DNA of 64,000 nt from Lepidodermella squamata (taxonomy: Eukaryota > Animalia > Gastrotricha): positions 992,001-1,056,000 of the forward strand of contig JBLDXI010000030.1 of NCBI GenBank assembly GCA_047495785.1, in the 5' to 3' direction. The stretch's first letter is position 1. Each line of letters starts with the position of its first letter. The notes under the pieces are model-generated. The model worked only from the letters and a program-made list of their open reading frames with translations, had not been told where the DNA came from and did no database searches. Shown piece after piece: positions 38,494 to 51,428 of the stretch. The translations under genes and the position numbers were made by a program.

Positions 38494-38776
38494 AGCAGAA
38501 AAACACCTATCAAATTACGGAACAAATGCTGGTCAAAATGTCTCGTCAAAGAGATTGGGTGATTTACGATAATCAAATGGAAAATAACAGAATTCTGCTG
38601 TCGTCGGTATTTCAAGACTAGGTGCATTTGCGGTTACTTCAATAGCTACGCATGTCAATCTTGAAATGCTGTAGTCAACAAAAAGAAGGAATCTTATTCT
38701 TCAATTGTTTCGACCGCAATTCAACTCGAGGAATTAACAAGAAAAAACGCGCAAGTTGGCATATTTTTTCATCATG

Positions 38777-39200
38777 CCTCTACACACATCCACAGGAGTC
38801 TTCATTTTGGTACTTCAATTCATAAAAAATTCAGAATTATTCGTTTAATTCTTAATATCCCGGTGAAGATTTCAGTTTCTCATGTTTAAGACCCCCATCT
38901 CAGTTGGCAAGTGGATTCTAGCGTAGAATTGATTGCGTCGCGTATATTCATGTGTGTTGTCACTACACATGCTACTACGGCGTGCTCTTGTGTATGTGTG
39001 CATGCATGCTGTGGCCAGGTATATTCTTGTATATGCGACGCGCGTGCTTTCTGTTTTTTTCGCATTTACACACACACACACACATGATTACTACATACTG
39101 GGCGTGTGTGTGGTGCGCGCGTAAAAAAGCAATATAAAACGCATAAAAAACGCGCTCAATTTACATACTATTTTTGTGTGCGCGTGTTATTGTGTAGAGG
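38777..39200. mobile_element. MITE-like element containing (CA)n/(TG)n tracts
   Basis: Short inverted termini cctctacaca / tgtgtagagg. Confidence 0.45.
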
Positions 39201-39648
39201 GAAAACTGTATACTTAATATAGTCACTTGAAGAAAGAAATCCTGCAAACGCAAAGTCAAAACCACGGTCATCAAAACCTAAGAATTTCGTTATTTTATTA
39301 ATTTAGAAACGTTGGACTTTTCTCATCAATCATCCATTACATGTTCGGCCTTTTTCATTTCGAGTGAGAGATGTAAATGAATTTCCTCCATCCTGTTCAA
39401 AGATTTCGCAGGCTTTCGAAGTTATGAACTTCGACATGGCACAATAAGCTTTATTCTATTCGATTAAAGGAATTGTGAAGCCGTATTACAGAATAACAAT
39501 TCAATCATTCGATAAATCCTCAGCATGGACAAATCCTCAGATACACTTAATGATAATGCGCCCTTTAATGTTAAAAAATGATTAAAATTTGAAAAATGGC
39601 GAAAGTCTGTCTCATTGATCACTTCGTTCTTTACTGTCTGTCTACCTT

Positions 39649-40557
39649 TCACCGGCCTTGATAAATGTTAGGAGCTTGAACGATAACTGCAGCCTCGGTA
39701 GCGCTCGCCTCATTCCTACGTTGCTGGTCTTCGAAGTCCCACGTTGCGACTCCATCCATGAAATTTCGCATATTGCAATATTTAAACGCGTTGCACTGCG
39801 ACAGGCAGCAGTCACATTGCAACTTGGACCCAGGCACATTCGGCTGATCACCGGTTGCACCAAGTCTTGGCTGGAAGAATCCGAAAACAGACGGCGAGCA
39901 AAGGGACCGCGATGTGTTATCACATCTCGCAAAATTATTTATGAGTGGCGAAGTGTCTCTCAAAGCATCCGCGTAACGAAGGCATCTGAAACAACCTGAG
40001 CTCCCTCGAGATTCATCCCCGTTATTCCCGTTGAAGCACCTCAGGTTTTGAAGACTCTGCGGCGGGGCGTTGTTCATGTAACTGAAGCGAAGAGTCTCCT
40101 GAAACAAATCTCTAGCTGTTGCTAGGTAGCCACTCCCACGCTCCGTGCAGAAATTGGCATCGTTACAGGAATCAGTACAACATTGGCATATACTTTGCCG
40201 ACCAGAAAAAGTGTAATTGAACTGAAGCTTCGGTTTGCAAAGTGATAGGTTTATAGGCTCTGGGTTTGTCGGCCGGTTTCCGCTAGGTGTCCGATTAGAA
40301 AAGCACTGCCAATAGTGGCGGTATCTCGAAAGGCCGGGTGATGTTGGAATTGCCTCGGTTAGCGTCCTTTTCATGCAGGCTTGGCAATCATCCACGCGAA
40401 CTGCTCTTGTATAAAACTGAGCCAGTGGGTCTGAAGATAGACCTGAATCATCCGTAGGTCGAGTGTAGTCGATCACGCCGCTGTAGCAAGAAATTGCTCC
40501 CGATTTTTGCGCTGAAAATCCAAGGAAGACAGTCAAAGCAGCTAGGAACGTTATCAT
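39649..40557 (-). CDS. Secreted Cys-rich protein with two Ly6/uPAR (three-finger)-like domains, 302 aa
   Basis: Signal peptide; domain 1 ISCYSG..CQACMK..CQCCTDSCN; domain 2 LRCFNG..CFRCLR..CDCCLSQCN; no obvious GPI tail. Confidence 0.7.
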   Translation of the reverse strand: MITFLAALTVFLGFSAQKSGAISCYSGVIDYTRPTDDSGLSSDPLAQFYTRAVRVDDCQACMKRTLTEAIPTSPGLSRYRHYWQCFSNRTPSGNRPTNPEPINLSLCKPKLQFNYTFSGRQSICQCCTDSCNDANFCTERGSGYLATARDLFQETLRFSYMNNAPPQSLQNLRCFNGNNGDESRGSSGCFRCLRYADALRDTSPLINNFARCDNTSRSLCSPSVFGFFQPRLGATGDQPNVPGSKLQCDCCLSQCNAFKYCNMRNFMDGVATWDFEDQQRRNEASATEAAVIVQAPNIYQGR

Positions 40558-40927
40558 TTTGTTCAGGTAAATAGAAATATCAAAAATGTTGTTCTTAATT
40601 CAGACTGCATTGGCAGGTGGGAGCTGGTCACGTTTCTCAAATTGTTCTTGCTTTTTTTGTTGTTTTCAACGACAAGTTTAGCCACGAATTTTGCTTTTCA
40701 TTTGCTTTTTTACTGTCAAATTATGAGTAAAATGTTTGTCTTTTCAAACGATCGGAGAAAAGAAAAATTTCTTTCCTTTTTTCTATTATTTTTAATTTGT
40801 TTTGGCCAGATGTGGCGTGATCGATCGAGGTGTTGCTTTTCTTACGAATTGCAACAAAAAACATCATTACCTCAGAGGTAATTCGTGACGCTAAATTAGA
40901 TATTCAAATGTACACAAACACAAAGGC

Positions 40928-42250
40928 ATGCATATCTCACACGTGCCCGCGTTGCTAGGCAACACGAGCCTAAAACAGCAAGTTATCGATGTCGGATCGC
41001 GTAATTCGAGGCGAGATACGATCAAAAACACATCAGCGTGTCTAATGGAGCCAGCGGGTGGCGCTCGGAGTAGCCACGACACGTTGCATCAAGAATCGCA
41101 ATTAAACATGCTTAAATCGCCTCGTAGATCTAGCATTAGCGTGCCGTCTTACCAGGCGGAAGAAAGCTCATGCAAACCGCCCCAAGGCGATGTTGAAACA
41201 AAGCTAGATCGCAAATGGCCGGAGGGTATCATACCGTACGAGGTCGATTTCAAATCGTTCGAAGACAACGGCGGGCATCATTTGATCGAACTCATTGAAT
41301 GGGCGATTACCGAACAGTTCAACTCTAGGACGAGATGCATCCGCTTCATACCGCGAGATCCTAACAACTACAAAGACTACGTCTCATTCAGGTTCAACCT
41401 GATTACTAGCCAATCAGGGATTGGAAGAACAGGCGGCCGGCAGCGAATCTACCTCACATCTTCGACCTCCCCCGGGTCGTTACTCCACGAAATCATGCAT
41501 ACGTTAGGCTTCATGCATGAGCACTTCCCTAGACGGTTGAGTGAACGCTACGTAACGATTAAACCTCAAGGCAACTCATTTTACAAGTCAAATTTGAGAT
41601 ATGATGGAGAGTGGCAGTTACTACTCGGCTGTATCGATGATTCATCAGTTCTGAGGCAGCCATGCGGAACGACGATCAACCTACGTCACGGTCGGCCGGG
41701 TTTCAAACGGGACTACGAAAATGAGGGCCTGAGTGAAGGTGATATTGCGAATATTCGACTTTTATACGACGAACCGAGTTGCACCTACGACCATTTCGGC
41801 GAAAAGTTCTTCCCTCAAGACTACATGGAATGCATAACCTGCTGGGGTGAGAATACAAACAACGGCGTTTGTCTATTTTGCGCTGAAAATCATCATCAGG
41901 GTCACAATTTGGTCTACCGAAAACAGCGGGAAGATATAACAAATGTAGTCCGGAGCCGGGACTGGTTCGTTTGTGAATGCGGCCGCGAGCAGCATTTAAT
42001 CCAAGTCTGCACGAAAACCCACCGAAACCAATCGCGTTACATCTGCCTGCAGTGCTTTAAAGTGGATCTATGCAAATGGCCATGCGCCGCGCAGAAGAAG
42101 CCAGGCATTTGTGTTAACTGCGCGAAGAGGTGCCATTTTGGTCATGATGTGAGGTTCTATGCATCGAATGAAGCGTTTTCGTGTGATTGTGGGGATCAAA
42201 AAGAGGGCATGGCGCCTTGCCGAGCTAGGTCTGATAGCTATTTCAAATAA
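40928..42250 (+). CDS. Astacin (M12A)-like metalloprotease domain fused to two UBR-box-like zinc fingers; start codon uncertain
   Basis: KWPEGIIPY, TRCIRF, IGRTGGRQ, HEIMHTLGFMHEH, LSEGDI; C-terminal YxCxxC..GxCxxCAxxxHxGH..FxCxCG present twice. Confidence 0.85.
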   Translation: MHISHVPALLGNTSLKQQVIDVGSRNSRRDTIKNTSACLMEPAGGARSSHDTLHQESQLNMLKSPRRSSISVPSYQAEESSCKPPQGDVETKLDRKWPEGIIPYEVDFKSFEDNGGHHLIELIEWAITEQFNSRTRCIRFIPRDPNNYKDYVSFRFNLITSQSGIGRTGGRQRIYLTSSTSPGSLLHEIMHTLGFMHEHFPRRLSERYVTIKPQGNSFYKSNLRYDGEWQLLLGCIDDSSVLRQPCGTTINLRHGRPGFKRDYENEGLSEGDIANIRLLYDEPSCTYDHFGEKFFPQDYMECITCWGENTNNGVCLFCAENHHQGHNLVYRKQREDITNVVRSRDWFVCECGREQHLIQVCTKTHRNQSRYICLQCFKVDLCKWPCAAQKKPGICVNCAKRCHFGHDVRFYASNEAFSCDCGDQKEGMAPCRARSDSYFK

Positions 42251-42897
42251 TACTCTTGCCACTTTCGTGCTATTACTGCTATCTGAATTTCATAATAAAA
42301 CAGCGTTAAAATTGAAAGCATTGGACTTTGGATTGGAATTTTGATTATTTTTTTATTTATTTTTGTATTCATAAAGTTGAAATCAACCGCCCCGAAAACT
42401 GTCGAAAACAGATGAAATTGGAATTTTGTGACCGCTTTTGTTTGACGAAGGAGCGACGAGTTTAGACTCATTTAAAAGCCAGCAAAAATTACTATCAGGT
42501 GTAACATTTTCATTCATTTTGGATGAGACAGTTTTCGTAGAAATGAGAGAAAAATGACCTTTTTAATGCTTAGGTCTAGGCACGCGTTGCTTTAATAAAA
42601 GCACGTTTTTGTTTACTTAGCAGATGGTGGCATTTGCACCGCGAGATTTTGACAACATTACAGGATCGAGAGTTTCACATCTTAACCTTTATCTATGACG
42701 GCAAGGCTCATGTCAGTAGAATGACGTCGAATAATGTTCATCTTGTTTACATGACTCCAGCAAATTTCATCGCAGCAATTCACCATTTTTCAGGATAATT
42801 CAAAAATTGAATTCATGATTTTTCAACGCGCACTAGAAGCTATCTTTAATGGCGCCCGATAATTTCTATTAATTTGGATATTTTGTAAAAAGAAGGA

Positions 42898-43500
42898 TTC
42901 ATATGACCGAAAATAAGTGAAAAGTTGGGTTTAGCGACAATTTTGACATCGTGAGATTTTGATGCCGCTTTCAAGATCAGTTAACGAGGAGTCGAATGTT
43001 AAATAAAATAGGTTGATATTCATCAGGGTTGCCGAGAAAATGGGCTTCACAGTTTAGGAATGATAATTTCTCATTTCGAAAAATGCACGCTTAAAATATT
43101 TGAGTTTTCAAAACCTATATTAAAAATCCCTCGCGCAATAAATTCTGATTTCTGATGTTATATTTTTCATGCGATGTTGACATTTCTCAGGACAATCTGA
43201 GGTGAGGAAGCTCGCTATATATTCAAAAATGTTGTCGGGATCCAGCTAGTTTCTCTAGGACAACCTCAATCAATGGCATTTTCCAGAGCATCTCTGGGGT
43301 TTTCCGTGTTTTAAGGCGGATGGGAGCATCCTTGAGTTCTGAAATTTGAAAATTCAAAATCCTCAATAAAAACTGAGTAAAGACATCTAGGAATCTAAGA
43401 ATCGTCCCTCCTCAAGTCAATACACACGTTTTGCCATTTGCTTGAAAATACAGAAAATACGCCAAACCCCTGTTTTCACTTATTTTCGGTCATATAGGAA
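42898..43500. mobile_element. MITE-like element
   Basis: TIR tatgaccgaaaataagtgaaaa / ttttcacttattttcggtcata. Confidence 0.7.
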
Positions 43501-43607
43501 ATTTGGAAATTTACTTGAAATTGACGTCATTTTAGTCAATTATAGTTAATAATACGAATGCCACAGGAACAGTTAATTAGTGTCGCCCTACCTCGCGCGG
43601 TCAAGTG

Positions 43608-43755
43608 GCCGCGCGCGCGTGCCTACGTAACAAATGAGAACTACACACGCACAAACTTCGGTTCGGAGAGCCCCACAACAGCTCTCCGAAGCGACTCCGA
43701 ACCTAAGTTTGTGCGTGTGTAGTTCTCATTTGTTACGTAGGCACGCGCGCGCGGC
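43608..43755. repeat. Near-perfect palindrome with about 60-bp arms, followed by short aacttcgga repeats
   Basis: gccgcgcgcgtgcctacgtaacaaatgagaactacacacgcacaaactt and its reverse complement. Confidence 0.8.
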
Positions 43756-43899
43756 AACTTGTTCTAGCTTCGAGCGCGCGTTTGTGAACGAAAATCTCAA
43801 ACTTCGGTCAGCGATTACGCAACTTCGGAGAGCGATTACGAAACTTCGGAGACTAAAACTTCGGACACGTCTCCGAATCAGATTTTGAACGTAACATTA

Positions 43900-44190
43900 C
43901 GTGGTCCTTGATTACATTGATTTTTGATATGATCCCGAAAACTTCGGATCACGTCTACCTCGTGTACATGGCTCGTGTTCATGACTAAATTTATCGTTTC
44001 AGTCCTTATCATCGCCTACTCTTGTTTGAGTCCCAGTAACCCCGAATCACTGAAATCTCGAATAGTCGAAATTATAACCAAATGCATTTCTATAACAATC
44101 CACGCCTTTTAGACCTGGCAATGTCTGATGTGCCTGGCCTGATTGTGATGACCATTGACGCAGGTTTCTTCTCGCTGATGTTATCCTATA
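43900..44190 (+). pseudogene. Decayed 3' fragment (M2-M4) of a family B pLGIC
   Basis: atgatcccgaaaacttcggatcacgtctacctcgtgtacatgg...cctgaatcactgaaatctcg-like match to the C-termini of family B genes. Confidence 0.8.
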
Positions 44191-44723
44191 TTAAATTCCT
44201 AAACCTTCTTCTCATTTGTTCTTATTTGCCGCACGGCTCGATATTTATTTGACTTTGATTTAGCTAGCGATCTCGGCGTCGCCGGTAAATTTCCTGTCAA
44301 ACATTGATTCTTGAATAAACAAGTGCCCGAGCTGAATGCGAATCATGGAAATTCCTTCACATTAATTGCAGCCCGTTCTAAAAAGCCATTGTGCAATGTA
44401 ATGTGCGAAGCAGCGTGCGTAGTGAAGCGTGAAGCATTCACTATATCGAAGAACTGTCGATCGAAGTTCAGTAAAATGAACTATCAATACTCATTTGTGC
44501 GACGTGTGCGTGCGGCGTGGCCTTCTATACCCTCTGAGGTCGTAAATAGCTCTCATTTCAATTTCGTAAAATGAACTAGAAGCATTTCCTGTGAACTATA
44601 ACAATATAATATATCGGTGGTGAGGCGCCTCGACCCTTTTTAATTGCTAAACGTCGAAAGACAAATTGCAACAATAAATCAGTGTATCAGTGTATTCGAC
44701 CAGAGTAGCAGTTATCCCTAAAT

Positions 44724-45390
44724 ATGAAATCGCTTATAGTTTTGCTTACGGCGGTTGAGCTCGCGTCGATGGAAGCTGATTTGTCGATTGCTGGCAAGCT
44801 TGAGGCAAAATACGCTAAACTTGCCCAGCAATTCGGTCGCGATCCCTACCGACTGATCATGCGGTGTATTTCTACAAAACCTAGCCGGTAATGGTGTATA
44901 TCTTCTTTATCCTCCATCGTTTTGTCGGAATTGACGATGTGGAGCAGAAGCTGTCTTTACTCGCGCAGCTGTCTATGCAGTGGGGGCTGCCATGCGAAAT
45001 TCCGAAATGCCCAGATTTGCTGTCAGAAGCAGAGTGCTTGATGCCCGATTACGAGAAATTGTTCTTCACTGTCCCTGCTCGTGGTATAGGTATATGGACG
45101 CCGGGGATCTCATTTGACAGCTTACGAGTCGACCATTATCGGACGGAAGCTGATTGACTGTCCACTATCCATCCATTCCTTCCCTCATTCTATATGCGCT
45201 ATGATGTTCTCGACCGATTCGACGTATTATGCACAGCCTTCAGTTATCGAAAATTCCCATTTGACACGCAAGCTTGTACGCTAGTCTTCGAATCCCCCAA
45301 TTATCTATGGGATGTGGATCTCGATTTGAAAATGTTTGAAATAGATATTTCAGCTTTAGATACCTTCATAGAGGATACTGAAATATCGTT
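44724..45390 (+). pseudogene. pLGIC B1, frameshifted and 3'-truncated
   Basis: MKSLIVLL start, HRFVGIDDVEQKLSL and CTAFSYRKFPFDTQAC in different frames; homology ends before M1. Confidence 0.88.
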
Positions 45391-45832
45391 AGCGTCGTTG
45401 AATAACTCGGATTTAGGCTTGTTTACATCCATTTCAAGGTGATAGTTGACAAATGAAAAGTTTGTTTTTCAGTCGCGGGCGGGAATCGAACCTCCGGTTC
45501 CTCATTAATCTACATACTCCATTAAGAAATCATATTATCGATAATTGTATTTCATTTATTGACAATTTAGCAATTATGGCAGTTCCGGCAGTTATTTCAA
45601 TTGCCAGAATCCGCAACAGGGCCATTGAAAAAAATCGCGCAAGCTTGCCATTTGGCAAAAGGTCAACATTAATTTTTGTTGTTCAATCGATCAATTTAGG
45701 ACTAGGTCCTTCCGTAAAGCCGTTTACAATGGCTTTACAGGAACTCGAATAATGAGTTAATTGATGGAGGAGTGCAGTACGCATTTGCATACAACATGAA
45801 GTTAGAAACGATTTCTGCCTTGGAAATCGAAC

Positions 45833-47021
45833 ATGAACATTAGTTATAGTGGGCTATACATTTTTAATTTTCTGATGGTAGCTGAGCTCGCATCGCTACA
45901 AGCTATTCTGTCGGACGCCGACAAATTTCAGGCGAGATTTGCTGAATTATGTCCAGCAGTTCTGTCTAAAAGCTTACCAATTGATCAAGCGTTGTATTCT
46001 AACCAGAGCAGCCCGGTTACCGTGGCTATTAGTATGATATTCCATCGTTTTGTGGGAATCGATGACGTGGAGCAAAAGCTTTCTTTGATTGCATATATGA
46101 CTATGGAATGGGGGCTACCATGCGAAATTCCGAAATGCACAGATTTGCTGTCTGAAACAGAGTGCAAGATGCCTTATCCTGACGAGCTGTATTACAAGGT
46201 TCCAGCTTCGGATGTATGGACGCCAGAGATCTATCACGTGACCGCTTTTGAATCGCCTATCTTCGGTCGAAAATTGGGCAGCCAGGTCTGGATCTATCCA
46301 TTCCTTCCAATCGCAATTTCCTATATCGTTTACGACCGATTCGATATTTCCTGCACAACTTTCAGTTACAAAAAATTCCCGTTCGACACCCAGGCGTGCT
46401 CTCTAATATTTGAATCAACTGATGCTCGCAAGGACGTGGCGCTCTACCTTCAAAAATTTGACATCGATGAACCTGACCGGAACTCCTTCATCGTTGACAC
46501 TGAAATATGGTCGCTTGTCGAGCCACTCGAGTATAGCAGCCAACCATCCGTACATGGAAACGGCACGTACATTGTTGACAAAGTTAACATGACGATTCAA
46601 TTTCGCCGCAAAAGCAGCTACTACGTTTGCAACATATTCGTACCAACTGTCATACTTTTTCTTCTTCAAACTGTTTCTTTGATCGCGGAACCAGTGAACA
46701 GGGACCAATCAGCGTTTTGCGTAACCGTCGTGCTGTCTTACGTAGTGCTTCTCACTATAGTTTTTGACATGATGCAAAAAAACTTCAGACCACGTCTACC
46801 TTGTGTACATGGTCGCCACTAAGTTCATTATGGCAGTCCTAATCACTGTCTACACCTGCTTGAGCCCTAGTATCCCCGAGTCAATGAAATCTCGCGTTTT
46901 CAAGTTGAACGTTTCCCTAGCCTTGCCAATGCATCGTCTTTTGGATCTGGCGATGGCTTCAGTGACAGCTGTAGTTGTAATTATTATCGACGTGATTCTC
47001 TCCTCACTGATGTTAACTTGA
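45833..47021 (+). CDS. Intronless pLGIC B2 with a single +1 frameshift in an A7 run near 46776-46782
   Basis: ORFs 45833-46822 and 46803-47021 together give a full subunit; pseudogene or homopolymer sequencing error. Confidence 0.7.
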
Positions 47022-48882
47022 CGCCTATGTTCGCCTATGCTAATTTTTTGTTTTCATGCTGGACTATTTTTCCGTCAATTTTACTTGGGAAAGTGACAAT
47101 AAAAAAAATAGTTTTTCTCAGCAGATTTTTGCGGCTTCCTAAGTTCATTTCACCTTTTAGCAAGTGATTGTAAGTATAATTGCAGGGCAGAATCGCATTT
47201 AGGACAGAAAAAGTGATGTGGAAGAAACAAAGTGTTATATAATTGCATCAGAAATACACATCAATGTGTATATATATAATAGTGACAGGTAATAGTAAAA
47301 TCGCAACAATATAGAGTAATAAAACGAAACAGCATTTCAGCAGTATACAAATAATAAAGCAGTGTCGAAGATGGACCTTTCGCTGAGAGGGGGATAGTGA
47401 TTTAAGCGCTCGCTTGATTATGTACTCTTTAGCGGCATTTATTCTGAAGTAGTACTGGTAAACTACCTCGCAACAATTCTCGGCCGTTTCAGCTTACAGG
47501 CTACATAGCGCAGCCGCTATTCACCGAAGCGGAAAACATTAGCACAATAGAGCAGAACAATTGCGCGCATAAGAGACTTAACGGTTCCGGCAAAGTTGCT
47601 GTTGAGAGGGTTTTTTCGATATGTTTAACAACCAAAACAACCGCCTGGATAGGCCCCTGTTCTTTATCCTCTGTAATCTTGAGGGTGTGCAGCTGAAGGG
47701 TTCAACAAATTGAAAGGTTCAAAAGTATGCTTTTTTTTATAGGAAAATACGATAAAAGGAAGGTGTTTCATTGTTTCGTTATGCTAAGAGAATGCATAAG
47801 AGCACTGTTTCGGTAATTCAGCCTCAAACATAGGACAAGCTTTCAAAATTTTCAAAATTATTAGCCAAACATCCAAAATTGTGAATTTTTTTTCTATTAA
47901 GTTTATTACCGGAAGCCTCATACTGTATACTGTATACTGTATAGCAAAAAGAAGGGGAAGTGCTGAGGCATATTTGCAACAAAATAGTTAGAACAATAGT
48001 AGAAAATAGTCGATTTTTCTGACCTATTGTTTTTTCAACGGTTTCTAGGTAATTCGACCATGCTGAGTTCAGCGCAATTTACAGAAGTGCTCTATCTATC
48101 CTAGTTTTTGCGCTACGACATAGAGGAGGTCAGGCGACGCGACGACCTGACTTGGCAAAATTTCAAAATTCCCCCATAAATGCGTCACCATGGAAAATGT
48201 TTTAAATAATTTTAAATTGTATTGAATTAAATATTTCTAGTGAGAATTTAATAAAATTATTGAACTTGCGTGAAGTAAATGAGGGAAAAGGCGGAATTTT
48301 TAAACTTTTACCTGCACAGAACTAAGCGGGGTCCGGAATTGAGCGCATTTAATCCAAGTCTGCACGAAAACCCACCGAAACCAATCGCGTTACATCTGCC
48401 TGCAGTGTTTTAAGGTGGATCTATGCAAATGGCCATGTGCCGCGGAGAAGAAGCCGGACATTTGTGTCAACTGTGCGAAGAAGTGCCACTTCGGCCACGA
48501 TGTAAGGTTCTATGCATCGAATGAGGCGTTTGTGTGATTGTGGGGATCAAAAAGATGGCATTGCGCCTTGCCGAGCTAGGTCTGATAGCTATTTCAAATG
48601 CCGGGGGGAACCCCCATACTGTCACCGTTTGTGAGTTGACAAGTTGTTTGTTTGTTTGTTTGTTTGTTTGTTTGTATGCCGCCAGTGTGCGCACCGTCTA
48701 TGCTCGCCATTCGCGCACGCTGTTAATTATATCAAATAGTTTTGGCTTTTTGGTCTAAATGTAAATGCGACTGCTGATATTCTTGCGTGGTTATATGACA
48801 ATTGAGCAACGACAATTCAGCAATTCGACAAAAAAATGAAATGAAAGTTCTTTGTGATTTTTGAGACGTCCCATTCGTTAAA

Positions 48883-51428
48883 TGCCGGGGGGAACCCCCA
48901 TACTGTCACCGTTTGTGAGTTGACAAGTTGTTTGTTTGTTTGTATGCCGCCAGCCTGCGCACAGTCTGTGCACGCCTGTTGCGCACTCTTTTAACTATTC
49001 AGGTTTGGTTTTTGGATGTACTAGGTGTAGGTTTGGTGATAACTGAGTAGTTAACCACCGCATACATTACAGACGTACACAATCGGACAAAACTTCTTGC
49101 CGGTGACTGAAAATTAACCTTTTCTTGAGATTTTATACTTCTAAGCGTGGTTTTATTCAGCAATCACATGGTGAGTAAGCAATAAAGTATTGGCCAGCAA
49201 TTGCCGTGGCTTCGATTCTGTCAATTCTGTCGATTTCAGCCCGCCGCAGAATGTCGATGTATTGATATGCATTGACTCGACCTAGGCACTGCTGTTCGAC
49301 GCCGAATCATGACCATCACTTATGATGCCGGAGCAACACTCGTCAGAGAACGACGCACAGCGTTAATCGTGAATCGCCTCGTCGCCAGCATTCAGGTTGC
49401 GCTTTCAGACCGTCGGTTTGCGGCGAATACCGTTGATTCTCAAGTGTAGTGAGACGGTTCGGGCTGACGGTTCGGTTATGTGTATTGCTGCCCGACTTGG
49501 CGTTTCAGCTGATTCAGCGGCAATCTCCGTCTAAATCGTAGGGAGAGACACTGGCTTTTCACCTCCGAAGCCGACCCCATCCCCTGCTCATTCTCCCGGA
49601 CGCTGCACAGCCACGTGCCAAACCCATAGAAATCTATTACGCCGTTCGCCGAATTAGTTGCTTTTAGGCCCTAACTATCCCGAACAGTTCGTCGCGCCCG
49701 ATGTCCGTACCCGATCTTCAACGAACTGAGCCTCTTCAGCTTCCAGAACGGCCGAGTTCTCCGTTCTCCGGCGCGTGGTAGCCGACAATGTACATCGCCT
49801 TGAGACTCTAATACCTATTGGTTGGATGCCACTAGTCCCATTTTCTACGAGTGGGGAAAGGATGTCAAGTAGCACCTTCGTTCTACTCCCTTGTAATCTA
49901 CACCTGTGATCTCATATGTTCACCCAGAGCCCTTGGTAATTCGCAAGGCGCGTAGGCTGATGATGTCACCTCGTTTAGTAAGGGAGCTACTTTGTCAGAG
50001 CTAGAGTAAAGGTCTCAGAACGGAATCGATCTTTGCCTAGGCTTGCCTTTAGCGGCAACATTTCCACGTCGCCATGTTGCAAAACAAGACACTCTGCCCA
50101 AGTCTGGTAGTCCGTTTCACGACTACCGCGTCAGAGGCTCTTAGGCTGCTATCGCCGGCAGCTTGACGCGTCCGAACTTGATCTGCGACGAACTGGATCT
50201 CTACAACTCCTTTCTCAGGCACGTGGTAGCCGATACTGCGTGTAACGCCTTGAGACTTTTATAACTCCCTGGTTAGAGGCCTTATTAGTTCTATTTTTTA
50301 AGAGCGAGGAAACGGCCACTTGACACAGCGACAGAACTACCGCTAGGGATGGTTCCACGGTCCTACTTCGCTATCTTCCACGAACTGAGCCTCTTAAACC
50401 CCCAGTACCACTGAGTTTTCCGTTAGCCAGCGCTTGGTTCAATTTAGCATTCACTTTGACTCGCCTATAGCTTTCTACAACTCCCGGGTTAGATGGTATT
50501 AGCCCTATTTTCTATTTTCTAAAGGTGCCGATCTCCTCCGTAGTTCTTACTGTAGTTCTTACCGTAGTTCTACTGTAGTGATCACGTTGCCATTTAGCAC
50601 GATATCGTAGGTGGACAGAATGAAAAAATGACGGTAGCAGATGAGATTTGAACCCTCAATTCAACACTCGATGCCAGGCACCTTATCAACTGAGCTATCG
50701 TGCAGTCCCGGACATGCTAGTCTTTTGAAGGTGTCCCTGAATTGTTTTTCGCGTTAGTTTCAAACAAGACAGTTTCTGGAAACTTTCATTTATATAGAAG
50801 AAAGTTTTCAAGTGAAAACTATGGCACCGTTCCGCCGAGCTCTACCGTAGTCGTGGCTTAGAACTACGGTATGAGACCCGCCAAGCGATTTCGGCCCTAT
50901 CTCGGTGTTCAATCATTCGAAAAGTGGGTGTTGTGCAATTGGGACTATGCGCCAGATGTTGTCTTTTCAAATGATTAATAAGGGACGAAATCGCTTGGCG
51001 GGTCTCATATGTACGGTATGAATCGGTGGTGCTAGGGGTGTCACCTCTTTTTTATAGGATGTGCTTAACTGGTCTCCCCCGTTTACCCAGCACCCTTCGC
51101 ACGGCGCAGGAAGCCATCCTGAGATTCCGTCCCACGACTATTACGTCAGAGTCTCCTTCCTCGAGCACTGCTGTCGCTTGCCAGGCGTGCCTTTCTTCGT
51201 GTTGCGCATTCAACGCCGCTGTGAGGTAACGCCGTTCGCTTAGTGCTCCCGTTGGGTGAGGATATGGAAGGTTACAGTGGATCTTGGTCTTGGCATGCGT
51301 AGAGATTACAGCAGGCTCGATTCGGGCCTTACCCGTTAGTTCACAGGTAGAATTACCATCATTGTTCTCGTCAGTCTCAAAGGTTCACCCCGGCGCTACT
51401 GCGGCAGCTTTGCTGCTGCTGTTGCCAA
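48883..51428 (+). mobile_element. Helitron-like element, copy 3 (divergent), nested inside copy 2
   Basis: cgttaaa|TGCCGGGGGG...GTTGCCAA|tggatggg; the equivalent empty site cgttgaatggatggg is in copy 1 (about 15982-15997, minus strand). Confidence 0.75.
50871..51008. mobile_element. Small MITE
   Basis: 23-bp TIR atgagacccgccaagcgatttcg / cgaaatcgcttggcgggtctcat. Confidence 0.75.
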
